Position numbers and translations under genes: made by a program
The notes under the pieces: model-generated
Database searches by the model: none
What the model saw: only the letters and a program-made list of their open reading frames with translations
Told to the model about the DNA's origin: nothing
Source of the DNA: a virus
Lineage: Duplodnaviria > Caudoviricetes
Length of the DNA: 59,509 bases
Reading direction: 5' to 3' (one strand)
Virus record (IMG/VR): IMGVR_UViG_3300017781_000007
Location: 1 to 59,509 of that record
Shown: in pieces, positions 9,092-19,242 of the stretch
Position numbering within the stretch: position 1 is the stretch's first letter
How the letters are laid out: every line of letters begins with the position of its first letter

Positions 9092-12000
9092 TATTGTTGT
9101 CCCCTTTCTGCTATTGCTGCACTTAATGCATCGTTAGGGAATAAACTTTGAAATTGTTGTTTTCGATTAGCTTGTGGTTGAAAAACTTGCGGTGCCATTT
9201 TTGTATATGCAGGTGAACCAAAATTAGGTGTTGTTGTATTAGCTACGTTTGGAACACTTACATTATTTTGTGCAGGTGGCACAAAATTAACAGTTTGATT
9301 CGCAACATTTACACCCTCATCAGATCCTTTGATATAATTTACACCACCAATAGCCGCTTCGTTTGTACCCTCTTTGACAGTTTTCAGTTCAGGATAAAAC
9401 CTATCTTTTAATTTTGAGTTTATTGCATTCATACTAAAACCATATTGGGGTATTAGAATATCTTTATTTAATAAGTAATCAGTAACTTCCTCAAAATCTA
9501 TTTTCTTAGGGTCAACTTGTGGAAAGTCTTTATCTTCTTGAGCTGCCCAATTTAGTAATTTGAACATAGATTTAGGAACATTTTGAGGTGTAGCTCTTCT
9601 CCCTAATTTTTCCATTCTTTCAAGATCTGTGTAAACATCTAATAAAAATTTTAAACTTTTAGGGTTTGCTAAATAATATCCACCTGCTGCAAGAATAAAA
9701 GTAAGAGGTATTGCACCCATAATACCACCAGACGCTGCGGCACCCGCAAACAATCCACCCGCAATGACCGATTGGCCAGGTCCTGAAAGCATAATTCTTC
9801 TCATTAGATATGAGTTTGAATCAGATATAACTTTACCATATTCTGCTTCCATCAAATCAATTAACTTACCAAGGTTTTGTGCAGCCTCTTTTCCTTGTCT
9901 GCCACCTCCGTACATTTCTGTCCACTTAGCAATAGACGCTTGTTTACTTGCGCTATCAAAATAACCCATGTTGTTTCTAAATTTTACTATATTAAATTGA
10001 CCTGCATCTTTTGCAGTCGCTTTAAGAGCTTGTGTATCTATTTCTCCAAGACCATATCGTAATGCTTTTTCGGGATCAAATCTTTTTACAGCTTCTAAAT
10101 TTTCTGTACCCGCAGCTTTAAATATATCTTTCATACCTTTAAAATCGACTACTCCTGTTTTCTTTGCATCATTTATGTATTCACCTAAAGTTTTTGCAAC
10201 ACCAGGTGGTTGTTGGTCGAAAGATTTAATTATTGATTCCCACAAGTAATTTGTTCGTGCTCTATTAAATAACTCTTGGCCTGCTTTGTTACCTTGATTG
10301 ACGCCTAATATAAATTTTAATTGTTCCATTGCTTGAGGAGCCATAGAATCATTTTGCGTAAATACATTTCTTATTGCATTTTCCCACATAGCACTCTCAC
10401 CTGTTCTTCCAGGGTTAAGCACACCTGCCATTGCTTTTGTTGCGAAAATATTAGCTTCAGAGTTTTTTAATTTTTTTGCTACAGGACTGTTAAAAGCACT
10501 TACTGTAGTTGAGAAATATTTATTAGCATAAAACAAAGAATCACCAAATTGTTTCATGTCGTTAACAGTTTTTGTCAAAAATTCATCTGCAGTTTGTTTT
10601 CCTGAGGATGCAATTAATTCATCATATTGTTCTTTGAACACTGGACTTTTCATATAGCCATCAATTGCTGCTGGATTACCTACTTTGTTAAAACCATTCT
10701 TCATATTAGTTTGTAAAGCCCAAAACATATTTAAAGGATCATCAAGTCCACTATTAGCAAAATCTCTCATAATTGTTTTCATCAAACCTTGATATTCAGT
10801 AGGTGTAATGTAGTCATCTATACCTCTAAGTTTGTTTATAGTATCTACAAAAGGATCTCCAAACTCAGAGCCTTTTTTAAAGGCTGCACCATATTCAGGT
10901 ATTCTAGCACCATCTTTAACTACCTTACCTGTAAATGGTTCTAATGAACTTTTTTCAAACCCTTCCATAATTTCAGTTGCTGCTTTTTTAACATCAGCTG
11001 TTGGTATGATTCTTGGATTACCCATTTTTTCAGTAAGTTTATCAACTACTGTGTAGTTAGCTCTTATACTTTCAAAAAATTGATTTAAATTATTTCTCAT
11101 TACTGGTAAGAATTGCAAATTCATAATACCAACATGTTGAATTGGTGCCTTATCAGTCACCTCTGCTAACATAGCCTCAAAAGCTTGTTTCTCAAATTTT
11201 TGTCTTTGTTTCTTTGCAAAGGTGTTAACGATAGGAATAACACCAAATATTTTTTCGTATGCAGTTATTATTCTTCCCCCAATTGATCCTGTCTTAGCTA
11301 CAGCTGGTATAGTCATTTCTATGTTTTTCTTTTGTGCAAACTCAGCTAATTCTTTTGACTCTTTACTTCCTAATCCTAATGGCCCTTTCATTCCTCTCAT
11401 TACAGTTCCTAATATAGGAGCAATTGATGAACCAATTAAATTATAGAACAAAGCATTCTGCATTGCTTCTGCTCCGTGAACAAATACTTGTTGTGCGTAA
11501 GGTAACTTTTTAATATCATTGTTAGATACCTCAGATAGATCTTGTAGAACTGCACCATTAAAATCCGTAGCCATGTTTGCAGCATCGTAGAGAACAGATC
11601 CAGCTCCAGCACCCGCAGAACTTACTAGTTGTGATTTTACTTCAGTTGCTAATAATTGAGAGGGAAACTTACTTAAATTTCTAAATCCATCAGCTACATT
11701 ACCAGCCACTCTTGCAGCACGATTTAATATTTTTACATTTTTTACAATAGGTAATTTGTTTGCAATAGCTTTAAAACCATCAAACTTATCTGCTGCCGCC
11801 ATGTACTTATTTGCACCATAACCCTGCATAGGATCTCTTCTAAACTCTTCAATAATTTTTGGCATGTCTTTTATATAAACATATCCTGCACCTGCAACGT
11901 CTCCAATTAATTCTAAATCTGATCTTTTAATTCCTCTATCTTCACTGGCGAACGGGATCATTCCTTTAGTTGCAGTAGTAAATGGTTGAGCCTTTTCTGT

Positions 12001-12186
12001 TTTTTCTTTTGCAATAAGCTTAGAACCGATTCTTCTTTCCTTTTCTATTTCAGTTACACTTGAGTAACCTTTAAGAACACCTTGTTGAAAAGCCATATCA
12101 ACTGCATCTCTTTGTGTGGCATTAAGCTCTTCTGGATTAAATGTTTTATTATCTAATCTTGTCTGTAATTCTTTGATACTTGCCAT
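9091..12186 (-). CDS. Large internal virion / DNA ejection protein (putative)
   Basis: 1031 aa, helical Ala/Gly-rich, last of three such genes after the tail module (positional inference). Confidence 0.55.
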   Translation of the reverse strand: MASIKELQTRLDNKTFNPEELNATQRDAVDMAFQQGVLKGYSSVTEIEKERRIGSKLIAKEKTEKAQPFTTATKGMIPFASEDRGIKRSDLELIGDVAGAGYVYIKDMPKIIEEFRRDPMQGYGANKYMAAADKFDGFKAIANKLPIVKNVKILNRAARVAGNVADGFRNLSKFPSQLLATEVKSQLVSSAGAGAGSVLYDAANMATDFNGAVLQDLSEVSNNDIKKLPYAQQVFVHGAEAMQNALFYNLIGSSIAPILGTVMRGMKGPLGLGSKESKELAEFAQKKNIEMTIPAVAKTGSIGGRIITAYEKIFGVIPIVNTFAKKQRQKFEKQAFEAMLAEVTDKAPIQHVGIMNLQFLPVMRNNLNQFFESIRANYTVVDKLTEKMGNPRIIPTADVKKAATEIMEGFEKSSLEPFTGKVVKDGARIPEYGAAFKKGSEFGDPFVDTINKLRGIDDYITPTEYQGLMKTIMRDFANSGLDDPLNMFWALQTNMKNGFNKVGNPAAIDGYMKSPVFKEQYDELIASSGKQTADEFLTKTVNDMKQFGDSLFYANKYFSTTVSAFNSPVAKKLKNSEANIFATKAMAGVLNPGRTGESAMWENAIRNVFTQNDSMAPQAMEQLKFILGVNQGNKAGQELFNRARTNYLWESIIKSFDQQPPGVAKTLGEYINDAKKTGVVDFKGMKDIFKAAGTENLEAVKRFDPEKALRYGLGEIDTQALKATAKDAGQFNIVKFRNNMGYFDSASKQASIAKWTEMYGGGRQGKEAAQNLGKLIDLMEAEYGKVISDSNSYLMRRIMLSGPGQSVIAGGLFAGAAASGGIMGAIPLTFILAAGGYYLANPKSLKFLLDVYTDLERMEKLGRRATPQNVPKSMFKLLNWAAQEDKDFPQVDPKKIDFEEVTDYLLNKDILIPQYGFSMNAINSKLKDRFYPELKTVKEGTNEAAIGGVNYIKGSDEGVNVANQTVNFVPPAQNNVSVPNVANTTTPNFGSPAYTKMAPQVFQPQANRKQQFQSLFPNDALSAAIAERGQQ

Positions 12187-14396
12187 TACTTAATACTTTC
12201 AAGGTTTGTATTCATGTTTTGAATAACACTTTCACCCGCCATTTGCATTGCTTGTTTATTTAAGTAAGAAGCCACCTCTGGCATAAATGAAAAGTTAGTT
12301 GTTAGATATCTTGTGTTACCACCCAAAGCTATAAATTGTTGTGCTTTGTTTTTAAATTGATCTTGAAGTTCTCTGTTAAGATCCTTGTACTGACTTCTAA
12401 TTTTCCTATCTGATGTAAGTACTTTAAATATTTCCGTACGATTCGCTGCATCTTCAATGTCAGCTCTTGTTAATCTATCTTCATCTTTGTTTGCGTTTGC
12501 AAGAATATATTTCATCCTTGTTTCGATTAATGCTGCTCTTGTTATTTCACTTAAAGTACCATCTGAAGTAACGTTATCTAAAATACCTCTTATTTCTTTT
12601 CTAAATTCTCCTACAAGCTCGTCTTGTTCTTTTTTTTCTTCTTCATTAAGAGATCTTATTTCACCACTCTGTTTATCTAAAGCATCACCCATAATCATGT
12701 CATTTACTATTATATCGTCAATTTCAGTATTTTGAGCTGAGCTTATATCGCCAAAGCCAAACATTTCAGCAAAGTTAGAAACCGCACCACCAAGATTTTC
12801 AACACCTAAAGATATTAAACCAGATCCACCAACTGCTTTGTTTGAAAGTTTTTGTATTTCGTTTGTCATCTTATAACCAAGTGCAATACTTCCTAATTGT
12901 GCTCTCTTTTTATCTAATCTAGTTGTGCTTGGTTTCACTACGTTATACTCAGCATATTTCATAGGAACATATTCTGTCCCTATTTCTTGACCTTGTTCAT
13001 TGTATTTTGGAATCATAATTGCATCTGTTCCAGAGTTCTTAAATACATCTTTGTCATACGCAACTCTTCCAAATAATGCATTTGGATCTTCAACAAGAAT
13101 TCTTTGTCTTGTACCTGTTACAGGACCAAAGCCTCTATTAATACCATCATCTTTACCTTTTTCTTTTGATTTTAAAAATGCAACAGCTAAATCATTTCTC
13201 CTGTCTGCCTCTTTTGAATACAATGCCATAGCAGTATCTACTGTTTCACCACCAGCTTTACCAAGAACATCTAAAAATCCTTTTATTCCTGACTCTGATG
13301 TTTTACCTTGCATCAATCCTGACGCTAATTTCATAAGAATTAAATCATTTGTTTTATCATTACCACCTGTAAGGTTTTGTATTCTGTCATAAAATCTATT
13401 GAATTGTTCTGCTTCTGCTGCATTTGCTTCTGATAATGCTTTATCTTTTAATTTTTTACCTGCTGAAGCAGCACCCTCTTGCATTTTGGCTGTGTCTGCA
13501 ATTTCATCATCAGACATAATTGTTCCTGATATTTGTCCGTTATCTTTAGGAAGTTTTGTTTCGTCAATAACATTACCTTTAAGATTTGGATCATTTGTTT
13601 GGAATGAGAATGTTTCAGCTATTTGGTCAGCAGTAATAGCTGATTTAATTCCGGCTTCATCTGCTTGTTCATAAGCCATTGTTAATATTTCTTGAGCTTG
13701 TTTTTTGTACTCAGGTTTTGTTGTATCAATGTTTGGATTTTTCTTATCATTTTCAATTGCATTAATAACAATTCTTACAGGATCATCACCAATTACTTGT
13801 GGTTCTCCCGCTTGTGCTCCGCCTGTTCTATCTCTAGTTAATTCTCCGCCGACTATTCCACCAAAACCAACAAGAGAAGTACCTGCTGGAATTCTGTCAT
13901 AAACTTGTTTACCTGTTTGTTTAAAAGCTTTGGCTGTTTCAGGGAATTTCTTTGCGAAAGTTCTTTGTCCTCCAGCCATTCTTAATCCTCTTGCTACTAA
14001 AGGTGTACCTAACAACACTGATCCTATTCCAGAAACCATTGCTCCCATATCTCCCTCTCTTGCACCTTCTATAATATCTGAAGTACCTTGTCCTGCTACT
14101 TGTAAACCAAACCCACCTTCTAAAGTACCTGTTGTACCTGGATTTCTTTTAGCAAATCTTGTTGCTAAACCTTGTAGGCCTGAGCCACTGCTTAAACCTT
14201 TTCCTCTTGAACCAATAATTCTTTGTGCTGCAGTTCCTTGATACCCTAATGGAAAACCACCTCCGCCTGCTTGAGCAGCTTTTGATGTACCTAGCCCACC
14301 AACTTGTCTAGCTTTTTTAAAAGTTTTATAACCTCTATATGCTGCCGGAGCTAATCGAGCTAGACCTGCGCCTATTCCGTAAATTATTGGTAGCAT
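12186..14396 (-). CDS. Internal virion / ejection protein (putative)
   Basis: 736 aa, Gly/Ala-rich amphipathic N-terminus, coupled to neighbours. Confidence 0.5.
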   Translation of the reverse strand: MLPIIYGIGAGLARLAPAAYRGYKTFKKARQVGGLGTSKAAQAGGGGFPLGYQGTAAQRIIGSRGKGLSSGSGLQGLATRFAKRNPGTTGTLEGGFGLQVAGQGTSDIIEGAREGDMGAMVSGIGSVLLGTPLVARGLRMAGGQRTFAKKFPETAKAFKQTGKQVYDRIPAGTSLVGFGGIVGGELTRDRTGGAQAGEPQVIGDDPVRIVINAIENDKKNPNIDTTKPEYKKQAQEILTMAYEQADEAGIKSAITADQIAETFSFQTNDPNLKGNVIDETKLPKDNGQISGTIMSDDEIADTAKMQEGAASAGKKLKDKALSEANAAEAEQFNRFYDRIQNLTGGNDKTNDLILMKLASGLMQGKTSESGIKGFLDVLGKAGGETVDTAMALYSKEADRRNDLAVAFLKSKEKGKDDGINRGFGPVTGTRQRILVEDPNALFGRVAYDKDVFKNSGTDAIMIPKYNEQGQEIGTEYVPMKYAEYNVVKPSTTRLDKKRAQLGSIALGYKMTNEIQKLSNKAVGGSGLISLGVENLGGAVSNFAEMFGFGDISSAQNTEIDDIIVNDMIMGDALDKQSGEIRSLNEEEKKEQDELVGEFRKEIRGILDNVTSDGTLSEITRAALIETRMKYILANANKDEDRLTRADIEDAANRTEIFKVLTSDRKIRSQYKDLNRELQDQFKNKAQQFIALGGNTRYLTTNFSFMPEVASYLNKQAMQMAGESVIQNMNTNLESIK

Positions 14397-14398
14397 TG

Positions 14399-15244
14399 TT
14401 ATTTCCCCCTGTTAGCTAAATTATAAGCGGCATATGCACTAATACCTGTTCCTGCAGCCTGAGCTAAAGGATTACTACCTGGTGCCGTGGTCGCTGTTAC
14501 GGCTGACTGTGATGTTGGCATATTTGTCATGATGCCTTTTAAGAATTCTAATCTTTGATATGGTTCGTAAGATCTAGATAAATCTGTTTGTCTTTGTGCA
14601 TCTAATGCTTGTTGGCCTAAAGCTCTTTGAACACCGCCTGCTTGTAATAAACTTGCAATGTCTGCTTGTTGCATGGCTTGTTGTTGACCACCCAAAGCAC
14701 CAAGAAGCTGTCCCCCAGCTTGTTGAATACCTTGTTGTTGAGCTGCCAAACCTGCAGCAGTTTGGAATCCTTGTGCCATAGATTGACCAATGTTTGCTTG
14801 TCTTGCTCTTTCTATCTCAGCTTGTTGAATACCTTCTCTTGCTCCACCAAAGGCACCTGCTCCTACTGCATTAGCTGATAATTGATTCGAAGCCATGTTT
14901 GCTTGTCTTGTAATCTCATCTGTTACATATGATTGATATGGATTTAAAAATTGATTTATGTTCGGAGCTTGCATTGAACCAAGCACTGAACCAATACCTG
15001 CAGCTGTAGTTTGTGCTCCAACTCCTGTCGCTCCTGCTTGTTGAAATCCTGCTTGTTCTAATCCTGTTGGAGCTGCAACTTGAAACGCAGGTAGACCTAC
15101 AGGTGTAGATGCTAACTTAGCTGCCTGATCGTAGAGTGCGAGTTTTCGGCTTTCTACTTCTGGTGCTTCTCTAGCAATTGAGACTTGTGTTCCTGAAGTG
15201 GAGCCGCCTCCGCCGCCACCTCCTCCTCCGAAGATGAAACTCAT
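14399..15244 (-). CDS. Internal virion / pilot-like ejection protein (putative)
   Basis: Poly-Gly N-terminus, Gln/Ala/Gly-rich, NPYQSYV and GAGAFGGAR motifs. Confidence 0.55.
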   Translation of the reverse strand: MSFIFGGGGGGGGGSTSGTQVSIAREAPEVESRKLALYDQAAKLASTPVGLPAFQVAAPTGLEQAGFQQAGATGVGAQTTAAGIGSVLGSMQAPNINQFLNPYQSYVTDEITRQANMASNQLSANAVGAGAFGGAREGIQQAEIERARQANIGQSMAQGFQTAAGLAAQQQGIQQAGGQLLGALGGQQQAMQQADIASLLQAGGVQRALGQQALDAQRQTDLSRSYEPYQRLEFLKGIMTNMPTSQSAVTATTAPGSNPLAQAAGTGISAYAAYNLANRGK

Positions 15245-15245
15245 A

Positions 15246-15707
15246 TTATTTTAGCTCCTTTGTATATAAATATCTTTTTACTTTCCATTCTTTCGTACCC
15301 AAAAATCCTTTCCAACCCGGTCTTGCATGCACTGCTATCTTCTTGCAACCCTCTGATCTCGCTAGATCCTCTATAGTTTCTGCAGCTTCGTCTTGCCATA
15401 GTTGTCTTTTTTCTCCTTTTAACAATATTACTTCACACTGTTTGTAGTTCGGTAAAACCATTATACGAGTGACAAATACACCGAACACTTTGTACTTCTC
15501 ACCATCGTCAGAGCCAAACATCATAAATAATTGAAAGGCTCCTTGTTCAATTCCTTCTTTAAGATCTTCAATACTCATGGGGTCTCCATCATATTTCAGA
15601 CCTTCTCTTAACATAAACTCTACAAGCGACCAGTACTCGTCGAGCTTTTTAGCTTCGATGTATAATACACCGACTTCTTTTTTAATTTGCTTTTTTTCTG
15701 GACGCAT
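15246..15707 (-). CDS. Conserved protein, possible GNAT-like fold
   Basis: ARSEGCKKIAVHARPGW; adjacent to ejection genes. Confidence 0.45.
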   Translation of the reverse strand: MRPEKKQIKKEVGVLYIEAKKLDEYWSLVEFMLREGLKYDGDPMSIEDLKEGIEQGAFQLFMMFGSDDGEKYKVFGVFVTRIMVLPNYKQCEVILLKGEKRQLWQDEAAETIEDLARSEGCKKIAVHARPGWKGFLGTKEWKVKRYLYTKELK

Positions 15708-16647
15708 CTAGCAAATCAAAAATTCTTTTAAACTTCGCCTGTTGGTCATAAAAGAATGCAGCACCTTTTTTACGCATATCTTTATAACTCTTAGGGTTAC
15801 CACCTTCCATGATACCTGCACCAAGTATAGCATCTGCTCTTGAAACAAACTCACCATCAGCTAGTTGTGCTAACATAGTATCTTCGTCTTTGTCTCCTAC
15901 ACCTGCTCCATCCTCTACATATCCAGAAGCTCTTATATAGTTATTTGTGTCTTGTTCATCGTGGTCAATTTTAGATGGTAAGTAATTTATACCACCTTCG
16001 TTAAATTTTCTTACTTCTGCAATTCCACCTTTGCTAAATGTATAAAGAGAATTACCTTGCTGATATGAATAAGGACTCATACCTGACTGACTCATTGCAT
16101 TTGAATCATCGTATTGATATGTATCTAAAAGATTTGCTAATTGATCATCAGCTTTTTTCTTTGCTTTCTCATAATCTTCAGGTCTTGTACCTTCAGGCAT
16201 TTCTGTAGGTTCGTCTTCACCTAATAAACTTGTTGCTGCTAAACCAACACCTAGTTTTCCACCTGTACCTAAGCTCATAAATCCAGATCCTTTCATCAAA
16301 GCTTCTTTACCACCGCCTGCTGCAATTTCTTCTGCCGACATTGCTTTTACTTGGTCTGTAGTCATAGGGCTTTTTCCAACTAAGCCTGATATACCTTGAC
16401 CTGCAAGTGTATTACCTAATTGAGATCTTAAAAGAGCTCCTCCTGTACCTTGGCCTGCTATCGTATTACCAATAGAACCAAAAGCTTGTGGTGCAAATGA
16501 TCCCATAGTTCCTTGACCTACACCTGCCATACCTGCAAATTGTCCAAGACCGCCTGCTATTGCTGCATCTCTTAATGATCTTTTTGTTGATTTACCTCTA
16601 AGCTTTTGTATGCCAAAGGTTGCTAATGCTATAGTAAATGGATCCAT
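15682..16647 (-). CDS. Virion-associated Gly/Ala-rich protein
   Basis: FSKGG and FNEGG motifs; GDKDEDTMLAQLADGEFV resembles the GxGxSDxIPAxLSxGEFV motif of phage virion proteins. Confidence 0.5.
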   Translation of the reverse strand: MDPFTIALATFGIQKLRGKSTKRSLRDAAIAGGLGQFAGMAGVGQGTMGSFAPQAFGSIGNTIAGQGTGGALLRSQLGNTLAGQGISGLVGKSPMTTDQVKAMSAEEIAAGGGKEALMKGSGFMSLGTGGKLGVGLAATSLLGEDEPTEMPEGTRPEDYEKAKKKADDQLANLLDTYQYDDSNAMSQSGMSPYSYQQGNSLYTFSKGGIAEVRKFNEGGINYLPSKIDHDEQDTNNYIRASGYVEDGAGVGDKDEDTMLAQLADGEFVSRADAILGAGIMEGGNPKSYKDMRKKGAAFFYDQQAKFKRIFDLLDASRKKAN

Positions 16648-16702
16648 AATATTTTAACTAGTTATTATGGTATTTTAACTTATATATGAGGTTTCTTCAA
16701 TA

Positions 16703-17461
16703 TCAGTCGATTTTATAGAATTCGTCCTTAACTTTACCAGTATACTTATACTCTCCAATATGGCTTATTTCTTCGTCACATAGAGCAAAAATCTTACCAC
16801 CAATAGCTCTCCAAAGTTGGCAGAAATAAAAATCTTCACCCATATAAGTTTTCTTAGACGGACTCCAATATGTATCAAAAAAGTTATAATAGTTTGGTCT
16901 ATCTATAAGCTCACCATTCATTAGAGTTTTTTGTTTAATAACAAGCTCTTTGTAGTGTTCTTTAAGCTTTTCAAATACAGATTTCTTTATCATCATCATG
17001 CCTGTAGGTCCTTTAATAACTTCAATATACCCATCCACAGGTCTAATATCTTTTGTATCTGGTATCTCAATAGGAAACAAATGACCCATAGTATTTATGT
17101 CATCATCAGGTCTTGTTTCAAAATCTTTTCTAAACTTAGCATCAGTCTTTTGTTTTATAGGATAAGGTATCAAAGATACGTCATGTGGTGATTTCATTAA
17201 TCTCATGACAGATCTAGTTGTAAACTCTACATCAGAATCAATGAACAACATATACTCTGCATCAGAATTCATAAAAGCAGAAGCACATAAGTTTCTACCT
17301 TGAGTTACGAGAGAAGACTTCATTAATTGAAAAGTAATTTTAATTTTATTTAAAATACATTCTTTTTGTAGATCTAGACAAGCTTTCATATAATGTATCG
17401 ATACATCAGAATGCACAGGTGTGCATATCATAATATGATTTTTATTTGTTTCGTTTGACAT
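16703..17461 (-). CDS. GT-A-like glycosyltransferase
   Basis: ICTP, GRN, LFIDSD (DxD), GEDFYFC, H-x-G. Confidence 0.7.
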   Translation of the reverse strand: MSNETNKNHIMICTPVHSDVSIHYMKACLDLQKECILNKIKITFQLMKSSLVTQGRNLCASAFMNSDAEYMLFIDSDVEFTTRSVMRLMKSPHDVSLIPYPIKQKTDAKFRKDFETRPDDDINTMGHLFPIEIPDTKDIRPVDGYIEVIKGPTGMMMIKKSVFEKLKEHYKELVIKQKTLMNGELIDRPNYYNFFDTYWSPSKKTYMGEDFYFCQLWRAIGGKIFALCDEEISHIGEYKYTGKVKDEFYKID

Positions 17462-18380
17462 GAATTGCTCCTTTTAAAAAGTTTGCCCAACTATTTGCAA
17501 TATACTTCCAATCATAAAATCTTCTGTAATACTCTTGTTGAAATTTTAAATGGCTCGATAAATCATTAGATAATATTTTTTTGGTTTGTAAAATACATTC
17601 TACTAATTGTGTCGTTAGTTTATCTTTGTTTTGTGTAAACGGTATATATATTGGAAACTCACAACAAGTTTCAGGTAAAGCACCTAGATCTGTAGTAACT
17701 AACATCTGACCTGCAGCTAATGATTCCATAGCTGATATACAAAAAGTCTCTTCCCAAATACTAGGAAAACAATTTACATCGTAATCTTTTAGTTTAGTTA
17801 ATAATGTTTTGTGATCGCAATAACCCATGTAATTAACATTAGGTAAGCTTTTTGCTTTTTCATATAATTTTTCATAACTTTTGTCATTATGATCATGAAA
17901 TTGTTTACCGTATATAATAGTGCTTGAATAAACATCTAATGTAATATCAGGATCATTTATCTTCTCCATCGCATTTAGAGCTACCTCAAGACCTCTCCAG
18001 GGTGTTGAGATATAGCACATTTTAATTTTTTGTTTTGGTGTGAAATCTGTTTTTAATTGCAACTCATCATAATCAATAGCATTTTTAATTACAGTACATT
18101 TATCTTCAGGTATCTTAAAAAAATATCTATACTTCTCAAAACTCCAATGAGAATTAAATACATACCAATCATACTTCTCATGGTTGTCCTTGTTTTGAAA
18201 CCATGGTGCTAGATTAGGCTGATCGTAAGAATTTTTTAGCCAAAGAATATTAGGTTTTAATGGATCTAAAGGTTCTTTCTCTGGTATTGAAGTTGTTATT
18301 TGGACTGAAGAAAGCACACCTTCGTCAACGTACTTTTTAAGATATCCGAGTTGTATTTCAGTACCGCCTGCTGGTTGCAT
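17442..18380 (-). CDS. GT-B (GT4-like) glycosyltransferase
   Basis: AGGTE, STPWRGL, ETFCISAMES (E-x7-E), DLGALPE. Confidence 0.8.
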   Translation of the reverse strand: MQPAGGTEIQLGYLKKYVDEGVLSSVQITTSIPEKEPLDPLKPNILWLKNSYDQPNLAPWFQNKDNHEKYDWYVFNSHWSFEKYRYFFKIPEDKCTVIKNAIDYDELQLKTDFTPKQKIKMCYISTPWRGLEVALNAMEKINDPDITLDVYSSTIIYGKQFHDHNDKSYEKLYEKAKSLPNVNYMGYCDHKTLLTKLKDYDVNCFPSIWEETFCISAMESLAAGQMLVTTDLGALPETCCEFPIYIPFTQNKDKLTTQLVECILQTKKILSNDLSSHLKFQQEYYRRFYDWKYIANSWANFLKGAIHVKRNK

Positions 18381-18610
18381 TATGATTTGGTTTTACCAAA
18401 TACTTCAAGAGATGCAACTGTTATTTTCTGATTAATTTGTAAATCATCTGAAGTAGTATCAGTACCGGGATCAGCAACATCAGAATCAAAATGATCTTTG
18501 CTATCATATTTTTGTCCTGTTCTTTTGTTTACGACCTCTTCTTCTGCTTTCGCTGGAAAAACTGGTACTTCTTCTCCATTGATAATTACTGTTTTTTGTT
18601 TTTCACTCAT
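18380..18610 (-). CDS. Hypothetical protein
   Basis: 76 aa, coupled to neighbours. Confidence 0.55.
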   Translation of the reverse strand: MSEKQKTVIINGEEVPVFPAKAEEEVVNKRTGQKYDSKDHFDSDVADPGTDTTSDDLQINQKITVASLEVFGKTKS

Positions 18611-18738
18611 TATCGTCCTTGTCGGTTATATTTCTTATAACATCTTTTCTTGTGTTTGTTAAGAGTCTTAGTATGGCGACGTGGCCTTTTCCTAGGTTTT
18701 GGCCTAGGCACGAAGTGGGTAAATTTAACTCTAGCCAT
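18610..18738 (-). CDS. Very basic 42-aa protein
   Basis: Hand translation MARVKFTHFVPRPKPRKRPRRHTKTLNKHKKRCYKKYNRQGR; fills the gap, overlapping both neighbours. Confidence 0.6.
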   Translation of the reverse strand: MARVKFTHFVPRPKPRKRPRRHTKTLNKHKKRCYKKYNRQGR

Positions 18739-19081
18739 TTTCCTGTGATCTATCTATTAGTGCATATGTTATAGCACCTTGGATTTTATTACTGCCTGTA
18801 GCTGCTTGAACTGTAACTGCATCACCAGCCTCTAAATTTAATGTTTGTGGTGTAGCATTTACTTGAGTTTTAGCTCCAACATCATCTCTAAAAAATTCGT
18901 ACTCAGCACTCGAATCAGAAGAATCTACTAAATTCATGTTTACAAGAATTGCTGAAGAAGCATCATTGTTTGCAACATAGATACTTTTTACAATAATTGT
19001 TGCATTTGCTGGACATGTCAGCACTGTCGTTTTTGTTGTGCCCGATTGTTTGTATCCTTGGTTTTTATATTGAATTGTCAT
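18731..19081 (-). CDS. Small beta-rich tail/virion protein
   Basis: 116 aa; apparent paralogue of 26995-27360. Confidence 0.55.
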   Translation of the reverse strand: MTIQYKNQGYKQSGTTKTTVLTCPANATIIVKSIYVANNDASSAILVNMNLVDSSDSSAEYEFFRDDVGAKTQVNATPQTLNLEAGDAVTVQAATGSNKIQGAITYALIDRSQENG

Positions 19082-19242
19082 GATAAAAAATAATTAAAAG
19101 CTTCGCTATCGTTTTTTTGTTCTCTTTGGTAAGATGTATTTAATTGATTCTGTAATGTTTCCAAAGCCAAATTGATTTGTCTAAAAGAATCAGTGCTAAA
19201 CTCTATTGGCGGTTCAGGTAAAAATACTTGTACTTTAGCCAT
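19078..19242 (-). CDS. Small tail-associated protein (54 aa)
   Basis: Hand translation MAKVQVFLPEPP...AFNYFLS; TAATG and ATGA overlaps at its ends. Confidence 0.6.
   Translation of the reverse strand: MAKVQVFLPEPPIEFSTDSFRQINLALETLQNQLNTSYQREQKNDSEAFNYFLS

Noticed and set aside
9091-12186. Tape measure protein or virion RNA polymerase
   Set aside because: No long-tail genes nearby and no RNAP catalytic motifs recognised
15206-15230. GCC/CCT microsatellite
   Set aside because: Simply encodes the poly-Gly N-terminus of 14399-15244
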